NCBI GenBank assembly: GCA_035285125.1
Contig: JAYKHR010000174.1
Span: forward strand, 31,775 to 95,774
Direction: 5' to 3'
Source: Candidatus Sericytochromatia bacterium
Lineage (GTDB): Bacteria; Cyanobacteriota; Sericytochromatia; S15B-MN24; JAQBPE01
DNA length: 64,000 bases
The position numbers were made by a program, and so were the translations under genes. This document shows, piece by piece, positions 55,303 to 64,000 of the stretch; the first letter of the stretch is position 1; each line of letters starts with the position of its first letter. The notes beneath the pieces are model-generated. The model had not been told where the DNA came from. It searched no databases and saw only the letters and a list, made by a program, of their open reading frames with translations.

Positions 55303-56349
55303 TTACCTCAAGGGCTGGTCGGGCGCAACGAAGGCGGGCTTCTCGCCGGTGTAGTAGATGAAGCGGTCACGGTCGCTGGCGAGGGGCTCGGACTTGACCT
55401 GCTCGAGGTCCTCGCGCATCTGGGCCCGCACGCGCTCCCAGAGCTCGTCGCAGGCCGCTCGGGTGGAAAGGCCGTGCTCGATGAGGTGCGCCTCGAACCG
55501 CTCGATGGGATCCACCTCCCCGTTGACCCGGTTGCCACCGGACGCCGAGGAGTGGCCGTGGAGCCGGCTCACGTTGGCTTGCAGGCAGTAGGGGCGGCGC
55601 TCCGTGCGGATGTAGTGCATGGCCTCGGCGATCGCCTGCCAGCTCGCCAGCACGTCGTTGCCATCCACCACGCTCCACTTCATGTCGTAAGGCTCTGCCC
55701 GCCTGGCGAGGTTTCCCGAGCTCTGGACCTGGGTGGACGGGGTGGAGATGCCGAACCCGTTGTGGTTCACGATGATGAGCACAGGCAGCTCACAGCCCGG
55801 GCGCGTCGCCCAGTTCAGGCAGGAGGCGAAGTCCCCCTCTGCGGAGCCCGCGTCGCCCCCGTTGACGATGGTGAGGCCGTCCCCGCCGTGGCGCTTTTGC
55901 ACCCACGCGGTGCCCGGCGCCATCACATACTGCGTCTCGATCGTCGGCGTCACGGGCGTCACGTTCCAGGCGTGAATGGCGTAATGGTTCACGAAGTTGC
56001 GGCCGCCAGAGTAGGGGTCGGTCTGGGTGGAGCGCATTTGCCGGAGCGTGTCGATCGGGCGGGCCCCCATCGCGACCAGGATGGGGTTGCTGCGGTAGTG
56101 CAGATGCAAGTAATCGAAGTCAGGCCCGCACCCCTTTTTCACCTGCAGCCCCAGGGAGACGCCGAAGGCCTCTTCGCCTGGGCCGCCGATCCAGAAAAAG
56201 CCCTGGCCAGCGCGGTTCATCTGGATGGTGACCTCGTCGATGACGCGACTCGTCACCATGTGCCGGTGCAGCTGCAGCTTCAGTTCGGACGTGAGCACAG
56301 GCGGCTGATAGACGCTGGTCGGGTGGGCTGGCTCGGAACGCGTCGTCAT
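55303..56349 (-). CDS. 2-oxoacid dehydrogenase E1 alpha subunit (TPP-dependent)
   Basis: HYRS, GGRNFVNH, TPP motif GDAGSAEGDF...NHNGFGIS, DGND, RLHGHSS. Confidence 0.92.
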   Translation of the reverse strand: MTTRSEPAHPTSVYQPPVLTSELKLQLHRHMVTSRVIDEVTIQMNRAGQGFFWIGGPGEEAFGVSLGLQVKKGCGPDFDYLHLHYRSNPILVAMGARPIDTLRQMRSTQTDPYSGGRNFVNHYAIHAWNVTPVTPTIETQYVMAPGTAWVQKRHGGDGLTIVNGGDAGSAEGDFASCLNWATRPGCELPVLIIVNHNGFGISTPSTQVQSSGNLARRAEPYDMKWSVVDGNDVLASWQAIAEAMHYIRTERRPYCLQANVSRLHGHSSASGGNRVNGEVDPIERFEAHLIEHGLSTRAACDELWERVRAQMREDLEQVKSEPLASDRDRFIYYTGEKPAFVAPDQPLR

Positions 56350-56528
56350 GGTTTGAGAGTCCTCCGAAGGGGGCGCAGCGCCCCGAGGCGCGAGCGTAAG
56401 TCAGTGTAGCACACGCGGCAGGCGCGTTCGGGGGGGGACGCGGTGGCCAGGCGGGTCTTCACCCGCTACAATGCTCGCGCCTTCGGTCGCGCGTGGCGCT
56501 GCTCGGGGGGAAAGGCAGACGGCACGGC

Positions 56529-56969
56529 ATGACCACGACCCCTGAACGTTCGAATGACCAGGCCCGGGGCCTGTTGCGCACCCGCTTGCTGATAGTGGCG
56601 GGAGCCGCCGTGGTGGTGGGCAGCGCGGTGGGGTGGCAGCAGTACTCCCGTCAGGCGGTGCTGGCGCACGAGTCACGCGTCATCGCCGGCGACTTCCCGG
56701 CGCTGCGCCTCGAACAAGGGGCCATGGCCGTCGACGAGTTCGGCCGGGTGGCCGTCAATGGCCTGCTGCGCGAGCCACCCCTGTCGGTCGGGTCGCAGCG
56801 GCTCACGCCGCCGGGGCGCTACGTGGAGGTCGTGATCGCCAACGATGGCGTCGCGGCCCACGTCCGCAAGACCGAACTCGTGATCGGGGCGCGGGACGCC
56901 AGCGGCACGTGGCGGCCGGAAAGCGCCGAGGCCATCGCGGAGAGGCTTCGGCCGCGGTTGGCTCCCTGA
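56529..56969 (+). CDS. Hypothetical membrane-anchored protein
   Basis: N-terminal TM helix; TACAAT at 56467-56472 upstream. Confidence 0.6.
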   Translation: MTTTPERSNDQARGLLRTRLLIVAGAAVVVGSAVGWQQYSRQAVLAHESRVIAGDFPALRLEQGAMAVDEFGRVAVNGLLREPPLSVGSQRLTPPGRYVEVVIANDGVAAHVRKTELVIGARDASGTWRPESAEAIAERLRPRLAP

Positions 56970-57119
56970 GGAAATCGCCTGGCGCGTGATCGATGACCCG
57001 GACCCGGTCGCGGGTTGTCGCTACAATACCGGGCATTCAGAAGCCTCTCCACGGTGGACCGAGGCGTGGCCAGCGGCCCCCCCAAAGGCGGGACGGCGCT
57101 GCGGACGAAGGGTTGTTGC

Positions 57120-57812
57120 ATGGATTTCGAGAAGCTGGCAGCCGCCTCCCATCAAGCGTGGTTCGTGGCCATGGCACGCCAAGGCTGGACCTTCGGGCCG
57201 CGTTTGAGCCAGGAGTTCAAGACGCACCCGTGGTTGAAGCCTTATGTGGGCCTCAGCGACGTGGCGAAGGAAATCGTCCGCGCCCAGGTCCGCGGCTTGC
57301 TGCTTGCCCTCGAAGCCGAGGGCGTCAGCGACGTGAAGGGGTTGGCCGGCCAGGCGCCCGCCCCCTCCGCCACGCCCGTGGCAGCCCCGTCTCGTCCCTC
57401 CCCTTCGGTGGAACCGGCGGCGCGCCCCGCTGCGGCGCCCCCCGCCCCGCCCCCGGCCCAGCCGACAGCCAAGGCCCCGCCTCAGCCAGCCGCAGCGGCT
57501 CCCAAAGCTGCTGAGGCGGCTGCCGAGGCCGAGGTGATCGAACGGCGCGTAGACGCCTCGGGGCGGATGCGCATCGGGTCTGGACTCGTGAAGAAGGCGG
57601 ACCTGCTGCGCGGAGGGGCCACCCAGGTGACCATCCTGCAGGCGGGCAGCGTCATCGAGGTGCTGCCTTATGACCCGGCCGCCAACGGGGCCTTCTACGC
57701 CTCGGTGAACCCTGATGGCTTCATGCTTCCCAAGGCCATGCTCTCGGGCACCGGGGCCCAGGACTTCATCCTCTCCATCACCCCTGGCAGGCTGATCGTC
57801 CGGCCCAGGTGA
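57120..57812 (+). CDS. RyR-domain, Pro/Ala linker and tandem AbrB/MraZ-like domain fusion protein
   Basis: LAAASHQAW...QGWTFGP...KTHPWLKPYVGLSDVAKE (RyR repeat); RRVDASGRMRI...VTILQAGSVIEVLP plus a second degenerate copy (AbrB/MraZ-like). Confidence 0.7.
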   Translation: MDFEKLAAASHQAWFVAMARQGWTFGPRLSQEFKTHPWLKPYVGLSDVAKEIVRAQVRGLLLALEAEGVSDVKGLAGQAPAPSATPVAAPSRPSPSVEPAARPAAAPPAPPPAQPTAKAPPQPAAAAPKAAEAAAEAEVIERRVDASGRMRIGSGLVKKADLLRGGATQVTILQAGSVIEVLPYDPAANGAFYASVNPDGFMLPKAMLSGTGAQDFILSITPGRLIVRPR

Positions 57813-57866
57813 GGCCGCGGCGCGGGGCTGCTGTTATCCCCGCTCGGCCACTGCGCGGGGATGGTC

Positions 57867-58361
57867 CTAGAGGCGGTCGTACGACCAGCGGGTGGGCCTG
57901 CCGTCCTGGTAGGGCATCACCCCGTGGAAGTGCCGCGGGTCGGCGTCGAATACCAGCGGGAGGAAGTGCCTGTCTCCCTCCCACAGCGGCAGGCTCCCGT
58001 CGAGGAGCCTGCCGACCGGCTGCCAGGCCAGGGTGCCCTCGACGTTCTCGGTGAAAGGCGTGCCGCTGAACCCCCTCACGAGGAAGATGAAGCCGAGCCA
58101 GTCTTCCCCGGCCTGGCCGAACCCGGGCCAGCTCACGGTTCCCCGAAGCGCCATCTCCGTCACGGTGAGGCCCGCCTCCTCGGCGATCTCGCGCCTCATG
58201 CAGGCGGCCACGCTCTCGCCGGGGTCCATCTTGCCCCCCAGGCCGTTCCACTTTCCCAGGTGGGCATCGTTTGGTCGGGCATTGCGGTGGATGAGCAGCA
58301 CCTCGGCGCCGTCGGGTGACAGCACGTATCCGAGGGTGCCCACGATCGGGGTGTAGGGCAT
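57867..58361 (-). CDS. NUDIX hydrolase, MutT/MTH1-like 8-oxo-dGTP diphosphatase
   Basis: KWNGLGGKMDPGESVAACMRREIAEEAGL Nudix box; LPLWEGDRHFLP. Confidence 0.9.
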   Translation of the reverse strand: MPYTPIVGTLGYVLSPDGAEVLLIHRNARPNDAHLGKWNGLGGKMDPGESVAACMRREIAEEAGLTVTEMALRGTVSWPGFGQAGEDWLGFIFLVRGFSGTPFTENVEGTLAWQPVGRLLDGSLPLWEGDRHFLPLVFDADPRHFHGVMPYQDGRPTRWSYDRL

Positions 58362-58362
58362 C

Positions 58363-59841
58363 TCAGGGCCTCCAGGCTGGCGTTCCAGCCATGCCTTCGC
58401 CGCGAACCACCACCAGCAACGCATTGTTAACGGGGCGCTCGGTGCCATCGGAGGGGCGGCTCACGGGGGTGTCGCCCACGGTCATGACGGTGGATCCCCC
58501 GCCGTCCAGGTTCAAGGCCTCGGCGGCGCCCAGCGAGCGCAGCAGCTGGGCCAGGCCCTCCAGCGTCAGGCCCAGGCTGTGGCGCGGCTGACGGCCGTCC
58601 ACCGCCACAAGCAGGAGGCTGCCGTCGGCCGTGATTCCGAGGGCGGTGCGCGGTGCACGGCCGAGCGCGACGTCGGGACGGAACTGCTCCCGCTCCGCCG
58701 TGATCCTGACATTGCCGCGTTCGAGGAGGAGGGGGCCCCCGCCGACCACGTGCCGGGCCTCGGGCCACTGCTCGGCCAGCGGCATCGTCAGCTTCACGCG
58801 GGTGCCGGGCTTGAGCCTCTTGGCAAGCCAGTCGGCGGCCTGTCCATGGGCCGAAAGCACCCGCCCGTCAGCCGGAATCGGGCTGTCGGCCTCCCCCGAC
58901 GCGAGCACGACGCCCTGCCGGTCCAGCACCCACTCCCGGCCGCCAGCTGCGGTGGCAGTTCGGGGGCCATAGCGTGAGGTATAAAGAACGAGGCGGTTGA
59001 GACCCCTGGGCTGGTTCAACCCGTCGAGGTCATAGGTCTCTCCGGTGGGTAACGCGAGCCTGAAGCCAAGAGCGGTGGCCCCTATCTTCGGGCGGAGACC
59101 ACCAAGGGCCACGGCGGACCGGTGGAACAAGGGGGCGCTGACCAGCTCCCCGTTCACCATCAGCAGCCCCAGGGGCTCTCCCGTTCGCGGGGAGAAGTAA
59201 CTGCCGTTGATCGCGGCCACGGCGCCGCGGCGCCGGGCCATGCTGCTCACGGTCTCGCGCGCCGCGAAGCCGTCCCGGGCGATCACGGGCTGCACCTCGA
59301 GGCCTGGCACGCGCGGGTCCAGCCGGAGCACATGCGCCACCAAGGGCCCGTCTGCATCGGCTTTGCGACGCTGTTCGTAGGCCACGCCCGGCGCCAGCTC
59401 GCGCACGGTGGTGACCTCATAGACCTTGCGAACCAGGACCCGCAGGCCCCCCCTGTCGTCGGGGCCCACCTCGACGGGGCACCAGTGGCGCCACGGGAGC
59501 CTCAGCGTGAAGCCACCGGTGGTCAGGGGCTCAACGCTCGCCGTGCCGAGCACGGGATCGGTGAACCCGACCAGGCCACAAGGGGTTTGCTCAGAACGGA
59601 CGCGGAGCGTCCACGCCTCGTCGGTGGCCCAGGCTTCGAACTCGCAGTAGGCGGGCACAGGAAGGTGAAGTTCGACGCGTTCCGCGTGGATGCGCCACTC
59701 CGCGGCAGGCTCTGCGGGCGCTTCCACGGTGGCACTGGCGGCCGGTTCCGCGCCAGGAAAAGGCTGTGCGCCGGCGGCTGCCGGCGCACAAAGGAACATC
59801 AGGGCCGCCAACCAGGGGCGCCCGAAGAAGATGGAGCTCAC
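58363..59841 (-). CDS. Secreted phosphodiester glycosidase (NAGPA/DUF2233) family protein
   Basis: Signal peptide; AAINGSYF, GGGPLLL, RAPRTALG, VDGRQ, ALNLDGGGST, ERPVNNAL. Confidence 0.88.
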   Translation of the reverse strand: MSSIFFGRPWLAALMFLCAPAAAGAQPFPGAEPAASATVEAPAEPAAEWRIHAERVELHLPVPAYCEFEAWATDEAWTLRVRSEQTPCGLVGFTDPVLGTASVEPLTTGGFTLRLPWRHWCPVEVGPDDRGGLRVLVRKVYEVTTVRELAPGVAYEQRRKADADGPLVAHVLRLDPRVPGLEVQPVIARDGFAARETVSSMARRRGAVAAINGSYFSPRTGEPLGLLMVNGELVSAPLFHRSAVALGGLRPKIGATALGFRLALPTGETYDLDGLNQPRGLNRLVLYTSRYGPRTATAAGGREWVLDRQGVVLASGEADSPIPADGRVLSAHGQAADWLAKRLKPGTRVKLTMPLAEQWPEARHVVGGGPLLLERGNVRITAEREQFRPDVALGRAPRTALGITADGSLLLVAVDGRQPRHSLGLTLEGLAQLLRSLGAAEALNLDGGGSTVMTVGDTPVSRPSDGTERPVNNALLVVVRGEGMAGTPAWRP

Positions 59842-59853
59842 GGCCCCGCGGCG

Positions 59854-61137
59854 TCAGGGCGTGACGGCCAGGGGGTCCGCGACGGTGGACCGGGTCAGTT
59901 TGACGCCGGCCCCCCGGAACTTGGCCTCGATCGACTCGTAGCCGCGGTCGATATGGTGCAGGCCAGCGATCTGGCTCTCGCCTTCAGCAGCCAGAGCCGC
60001 GATGATGAGCGCCGCGCCAGCGCGCAGGTCGGTGGCCTTGACGGGGGCGCCCGTGAGGCGCCTCGTGCCGAGGATGACGGCCGCGTTGCCTTCGGTCTTG
60101 ATGTTGGCGCCCATCCGCAAGAGCTCGTCCACGTGCAGGAACCGGTTCTCGAAGACGGTCTCGCTGATCATGCTGGTCCCCGGGATCGTGGACAGCAGCG
60201 CCATCATCGGGGCCTGGAGGTCCGTCGGGAAACCGGGGTACGGCATCGTGCGGACGTCCACGGGCTTCATGTCTTCATGCCCCTTCACGATGACGCTGTC
60301 GGGGCCGTCCGGCTGGATGAGAATTCCAGCCTCGGACAGCTTGCTGACAACGGCCTGCATGTGGTCGAGCCGAACGCCTTCGATGCGGGTCTCGCTCCGC
60401 GTGATGGCAGCGGCCATCATCATGGTGCCAGCCTCGATGCGATCGGGAATGACGGTGTGCAGGCAGCCACCAAGGCGCTCGACGCCCTGGATCACGATGG
60501 TCTCAGTGCCAGCGCCGCGGATGTTGGCCCCCATCGCGTTGAGCATATCGGCGAGATCGACAATCTCAGGCTCCTGGGCGCAGTTCTCGAGGACCGTCAT
60601 CCCGTGGGCCAAGGTGGCCGCCATCATGATGTTTTCGGTGGCCCCGACGCTGGGGTAGTCGAGGTAAATGTGGGCGCCGTAGAGACGGTCTGCGGTGGCC
60701 TCGACGAAGCCGTGCTCAATTTGCACCGTCGCGCCGAGGGCGCGCAGGCCCTTCAGATGAAGGTCGACGGGCCGCGACCCGATCGCGCAGCCCCCGGGGA
60801 GCGGAATCTTAGCCTTGCCGAGACGCGCCAGAATCGGACCCAGCACGAAGAAAGAGGCCCGCATCTTCGTAACGAGGTCGTAGGGGGCGACGTGGTTCAC
60901 CACGCCCCGGGCGTCGATGACGAGCCGGCCGTCGCGGTCGTTCGTCACGCCGGCCCCGAGGTGGCCGAGGACCTCCGCGATCACGCGAACGTCAAGCAGA
61001 TCCGGGACGTTACGGAGTTCGGTGACGCCGTCGCCGAGTAGCGTTCCAGCAATCAGGGCCAGGGCGGAGTTCTTCGCGCCGCTGATGCGAACGCTTCCCT
61101 TGAGCGTCTGGCCACCCTGGATGATGAGCCTATCCAC
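59854..61137 (-). CDS. murA: UDP-N-acetylglucosamine 1-carboxyvinyltransferase
   Basis: ISGAKNSAL, LPGGCAIGSRPVDLH, SVGATEN, PDRIEAGT, YPGFPTDLQA, TDLRAGAAL, HHIDRGYE; GAGGAGG RBS before GTG 61137. Confidence 0.97.
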   Translation of the reverse strand: MDRLIIQGGQTLKGSVRISGAKNSALALIAGTLLGDGVTELRNVPDLLDVRVIAEVLGHLGAGVTNDRDGRLVIDARGVVNHVAPYDLVTKMRASFFVLGPILARLGKAKIPLPGGCAIGSRPVDLHLKGLRALGATVQIEHGFVEATADRLYGAHIYLDYPSVGATENIMMAATLAHGMTVLENCAQEPEIVDLADMLNAMGANIRGAGTETIVIQGVERLGGCLHTVIPDRIEAGTMMMAAAITRSETRIEGVRLDHMQAVVSKLSEAGILIQPDGPDSVIVKGHEDMKPVDVRTMPYPGFPTDLQAPMMALLSTIPGTSMISETVFENRFLHVDELLRMGANIKTEGNAAVILGTRRLTGAPVKATDLRAGAALIIAALAAEGESQIAGLHHIDRGYESIEAKFRGAGVKLTRSTVADPLAVTP

Positions 61138-61376
61138 CGTACCGAACCTCCTCAGACGAACCACCTGGATTGAGACAATCAGTAACCAGGGTAAAGTTGC
61201 AGCCTGAAGGACTCTGTGATCTACGACACAATTCAGCCCCGGTTGAGCCTCGGGCGAAGGGGCGAAAGCTTGTGGTTGCGGGCTTTTCTACTGGCCTTGT
61301 ACCACGCTAACAGATCTTGAATCAGCGGATCTGGGCGGTTCCGCCGAGCCGATCTGTGCAGCCACCTGCAGGTCCC

Positions 61377-62423
61377 TCAGCCCACCAGGCGCAGGGGGCG
61401 CCTCGCCAGCGGGGCGGCCTCGGCCTGGCGCGCTGGGGCGGTGGGTTGCGCCTGCTTGCCGGCGTCTGCGCGCCGCGAGCCGGCCAGCGCGAGGTCAATC
61501 GCGATGCTGGTGCCGAGCAAGGCGACGAACGCCAGAGCACCGAAGTTGACGGCTGCGAAGACGGCGACGAGCGAGGTCGCGATGCTGGCGACGGACAGGG
61601 CCTTGCTGAGGGGAGAGGCGTGGGGCGTGCGGAACACGTCGATCGCCGTCTTGCCCGAGAGGGCCAGGCCCGCGATGTTTACGATGGGCATCCAGCGGTT
61701 CAAGCGCCCCAGCAGACGGCCTCCGGGGGTCGCAGCCATCTCGCGGGCCACCATCGACAGGCTGGATGCCGTCGGAGCGAGGACGGCGCTGCGTCGCATC
61801 GCCCGGACGGCGAATGTCAGCAGGTTGACGAGGGACTGGGACAGCGTGCGCAGGATGTTCGCCAGGCCCTGGACGCTGACGCTGAGGTCCAGCGCCGCCT
61901 TCGCGCGCTGAGCCCCGGAGGCGTGCGGCTCCACCAGGTCCTTGGCCTTGCGCTTGACGTCCTCGGCTTGGGCCCGGACCTTCTCATCGCCGAGGCCCAG
62001 CATCACGACGCTGGTCAAGGCGCCGATGCCAGAGGTCGACAGCGTCGGCGCGAGCTTCTCCGCGGCCAGGGACATCGCCGTTGCCGAGCCGAACGCGTCG
62101 CCTTGCAGCGCCTTGTTGATGCCCGTCAGCACCTGGCTACTGCCCTCCAGTGAGGAGGCGGCCGCCGTGTGCTTGGCGACGGTCTCTGCCCCCAGCTTGA
62201 GGGCGTCCGCGGCCAGCTGGACGTGGTCGTCCTTCTGGGCGCTCTTCAAGGCGGAGGCCGCCGCGGCGAAGGCAGGGGCCGTGGTGCCTGCCTGGGTGAC
62301 CTTGGCGTCCACCTTGGCCTGCTCCTGCGGCGTGGGGGCCGCCACCGCTTCCAGGGCGATCTGCCAGTCAGGCTGGACGTTGGCGGTCTGGTTGGCGAGG
62401 AGGGGGGGGAGCGCGGCGGGCAT
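61377..62423 (-). CDS. Hypothetical Ala/Leu/Ser-rich helical protein with hydrophobic C-terminal hairpin (related to the 4688 and 7784 ORFs)
   Basis: Pro/Gln-rich N-terminus, DDHVQLA, internal PHAS repeat, NRWMPIVNIAG, C-terminal hydrophobic helices. Confidence 0.7.
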   Translation of the reverse strand: MPAALPPLLANQTANVQPDWQIALEAVAAPTPQEQAKVDAKVTQAGTTAPAFAAAASALKSAQKDDHVQLAADALKLGAETVAKHTAAASSLEGSSQVLTGINKALQGDAFGSATAMSLAAEKLAPTLSTSGIGALTSVVMLGLGDEKVRAQAEDVKRKAKDLVEPHASGAQRAKAALDLSVSVQGLANILRTLSQSLVNLLTFAVRAMRRSAVLAPTASSLSMVAREMAATPGGRLLGRLNRWMPIVNIAGLALSGKTAIDVFRTPHASPLSKALSVASIATSLVAVFAAVNFGALAFVALLGTSIAIDLALAGSRRADAGKQAQPTAPARQAEAAPLARRPLRLVG

Positions 62424-62486
62424 ACACTTCTACGCATCACGGGGAGAGTCTGCGGTGTTATCAGGATGTATGGACGATAGCTTTCG

Positions 62487-62501
62487 TTAAACATCGGTGA
62501 A
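62487..62501 (-). promoter_or_regulatory. TTAA-N7-TGAA box upstream of the 62423 ORF
   Basis: gTTAAacatcggTGAA, 64 bp upstream of the start; same form and orientation as 38439-38453. Confidence 0.4.
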
Positions 62502-62530
62502 ACCGGTGCGCCGGCAAGTTGACGTGGGCC

Positions 62531-62560
62531 CTGTCAGCCGAGCGGGGCCCCGGGTATAAT
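62531..62560 (+). promoter_or_regulatory. Putative sigma-70 promoter
   Basis: CTGTCA-N18-TATAAT upstream of the methyltransferase. Confidence 0.5.
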
Positions 62561-62601
62561 CCGTGTTGGGCCTTGGGCCAACGTCTGCTGAGCCTTCAGG
62601 A

Positions 62602-63183
62602 ATGCGCCACCACCTCCACCGAATGCACGAAGCGGTGCTTCGCTCGGCCCCGATCAGGCCGGGCGATCGGATCTTGTACGTAGGGAGCTGTAACCCGGCT
62701 TTCTCCCCGGGGATGGCTGACCAGCTTGCGCGGTCCGGTGAGCTGGTCGCGATCGACTTCTCTGCGGCAGCCCTGCAGCGCGCGGAGCGCCTGATGCAGC
62801 AGACCTCGCAGAAGAATATGCTGTTCTTCCAGCTTGAGGACGTCGCCGTCCCCTACCCCAACGCCTACTTCGATTTGGTCATCGCCTTTGGCGCTAACGA
62901 GCAGTTCCCCGACGGGGACCATGTCCTCGATGAGCTTGGGCGCGTGCTCAAGCCTGAAGGCCGGCTGTACTGGCACGACGTCGGCGTAACCGCCGAGACG
63001 TGGGGAGAGAAGCTGCTTCGCTGGCTCAGCCTTGGCCGACGGCCAACTCGGCCGGCGCGGTCAATCTCTGAAATCCGCCGCCGGATGAGCCGCTGCTTCA
63101 CCATCGAGTTCCACCGGCGTTGGACCCACACGTGGGGTAAGCAGAGCTGCCTGCTGGTGGGACGCAAGAGCGGGCCGGACTGA
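62602..63183 (+). CDS. Class I SAM-dependent methyltransferase (UbiE/Methyltransf_11-like)
   Basis: PGDRILYVGS, VAIDFS, PYPNAYFDLV, ELGRVLKPEG. GTG 62563 lies too close to the -10, so ATG 62602 is preferred. Confidence 0.75.
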   Translation: MRHHLHRMHEAVLRSAPIRPGDRILYVGSCNPAFSPGMADQLARSGELVAIDFSAAALQRAERLMQQTSQKNMLFFQLEDVAVPYPNAYFDLVIAFGANEQFPDGDHVLDELGRVLKPEGRLYWHDVGVTAETWGEKLLRWLSLGRRPTRPARSISEIRRRMSRCFTIEFHRRWTHTWGKQSCLLVGRKSGPD

Positions 63184-63334
63184 AGCCGGGTCGCCGCTAC
63201 CCACGCCTGTCAGGGGCGGTGCCGTTTCCCGCCTGAAGCCGCGGGCTCGCGAGGCTTCACCTTCGTGGCCCTGCGCGGCCCTTCGTCTGCTGCGTGGCCG
63301 GGTGTCCCCAGCCTGCTGCCGCCGCCCTGGGCCC

Positions 63335-63368
63335 AAAAAAGCACGCCCCGACCAACGTCGGGGCGTGC
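63335..63368 (-). terminator. Intrinsic terminator of the sigma factor gene
   Basis: 12-bp stem GCACGCCCCGAC/GTCGGGGCGTGC followed by T6 on the minus strand. Confidence 0.9.
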
Positions 63369-63393
63369 GAGGCTGAGCCCAGGAGGCTCCCGC

Positions 63394-64000
63394 TCAGCTG
63401 AGGTAGCCGCGCAGTTGCTCCTTCTGGAGCGACATCCGAAGCTTGTTGAGCGCCTTGGCCTCGATCTGACGCACGCGCTCACGCGTGACGCCCATGTCGT
63501 GGCCGATGCCCTCCAGCGTGCGCTGCTGACCGCCGTCGAGGCCGAATCGACGACGCACGACATACCGCTCGCGCTCCGTGAGGTGCGTCTCGAGGAGGTT
63601 GTTCACATCCTCGCAGAGCATACGCTGCAGCGCCGTGGCGGGCGGGCTGGCCGTGTGCTGGTCGCGGATGATGTCCCCGAGGCGCGAGTCCTCTTCTTTC
63701 CCGATGGGCGTCTCCAGCGAGACGGGCTCCTGGTCGGCCTTGGTGATTTCGCGCAGCTTCTCGACCGTGATGGCGAGCTCCGTCGCCACCTCAATCTCCG
63801 AAGGTTGGCGGCCGAGCCGCTGGCTCATCAAGCGGATGGTCTTCTTCACGCGGCTGATGGTCTCGACCATGTGGACGGGCACCCGGATCGTGCGACCTTG
63901 GTCCGCGATGGCACGGGTGATGGCCTGGCGGATCCACCACGTGGCGTAGGTGGAGAACTTGTAGCCCCGCTGGTACTCGAACTTGTCCACGGCCTTCATG
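63394..64000 (-). CDS. RpoD/SigA-family sigma-70 factor, regions 2.3-4 (5' part outside the window)
   Basis: [75 protein letters not shown]. Confidence 0.95.
   Translation of the reverse strand, partial: MKAVDKFEYQRGYKFSTYATWWIRQAITRAIADQGRTIRVPVHMVETISRVKKTIRLMSQRLGRQPSEIEVATELAITVEKLREITKADQEPVSLETPIGKEEDSRLGDIIRDQHTASPPATALQRMLCEDVNNLLETHLTERERYVVRRRFGLDGGQQRTLEGIGHDMGVTRERVRQIEAKALNKLRMSLQKEQLRGYLS

Noticed and set aside
8967..55635. About a dozen GCGATCGC (cyanobacterial HIP1) octamers
   Set aside because: Mostly explained by common codon runs (Ala-Ile-Ala, Gly-Asp-Arg) in GC-rich DNA; a Markov-corrected count would be needed to claim enrichment.
61141..61376. Lower-GC murA leader with small hairpins, considered as a riboswitch or ncRNA
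   Set aside because: No match to any riboswitch consensus I can recognise; most likely promoter and UTR. An Rfam cmscan would settle it.
62519..62560. TTGACG paired with TATAAT as a consensus promoter
   Set aside because: Spacing is 30 bp; CTGTCA at 18 bp is the plausible -35.

Overview
A 64-kb, gene-dense, very GC-rich (about 70%+) bacterial chromosomal window. I found no rRNA, tRNA, CRISPR array or recognisable mobile element. MurA and the sigma-70 fragment carry cyanobacteria-like motifs ([28 protein letters not shown]), yet there are no photosynthesis genes here, so a non-photosynthetic Cyanobacteriota relative such as Sericytochromatia is a plausible but unproven source. The centrepiece is a 20.4-kb operon, pfaD-pfaA-pfaBC-oleA-oleB-oleC-oleD (16768-37188), which joins an iterative PUFA-type synthase directly to the head-to-head olefin pathway. 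Housekeeping genes include rluA-like, panE, truD, pepA, aconitase, 2-oxoacid dehydrogenase E1 alpha/beta, a NUDIX hydrolase, murA and an rpoD-family fragment. Also present are an aminotransferase/MFS/amine-dehydrogenase operon, a two-component locus with an unannotated small membrane protein, a zinc-ribbon pseudokinase with 25 consecutive prolines, a mirror-image pair of GT-C/GT2 glycosyltransferase cassettes, and several lipoproteins. Less expected observations: a dispersed family of three translocator/pore-former-like orphan proteins plus a papain-fold protease, a recurring TTAA-N7-TTAA-type upstream motif, a 19-aa micropeptide with its own RBS and terminator, and a RyR-AbrB domain fusion. 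All calls come from reading motifs by eye; no database searches were run.
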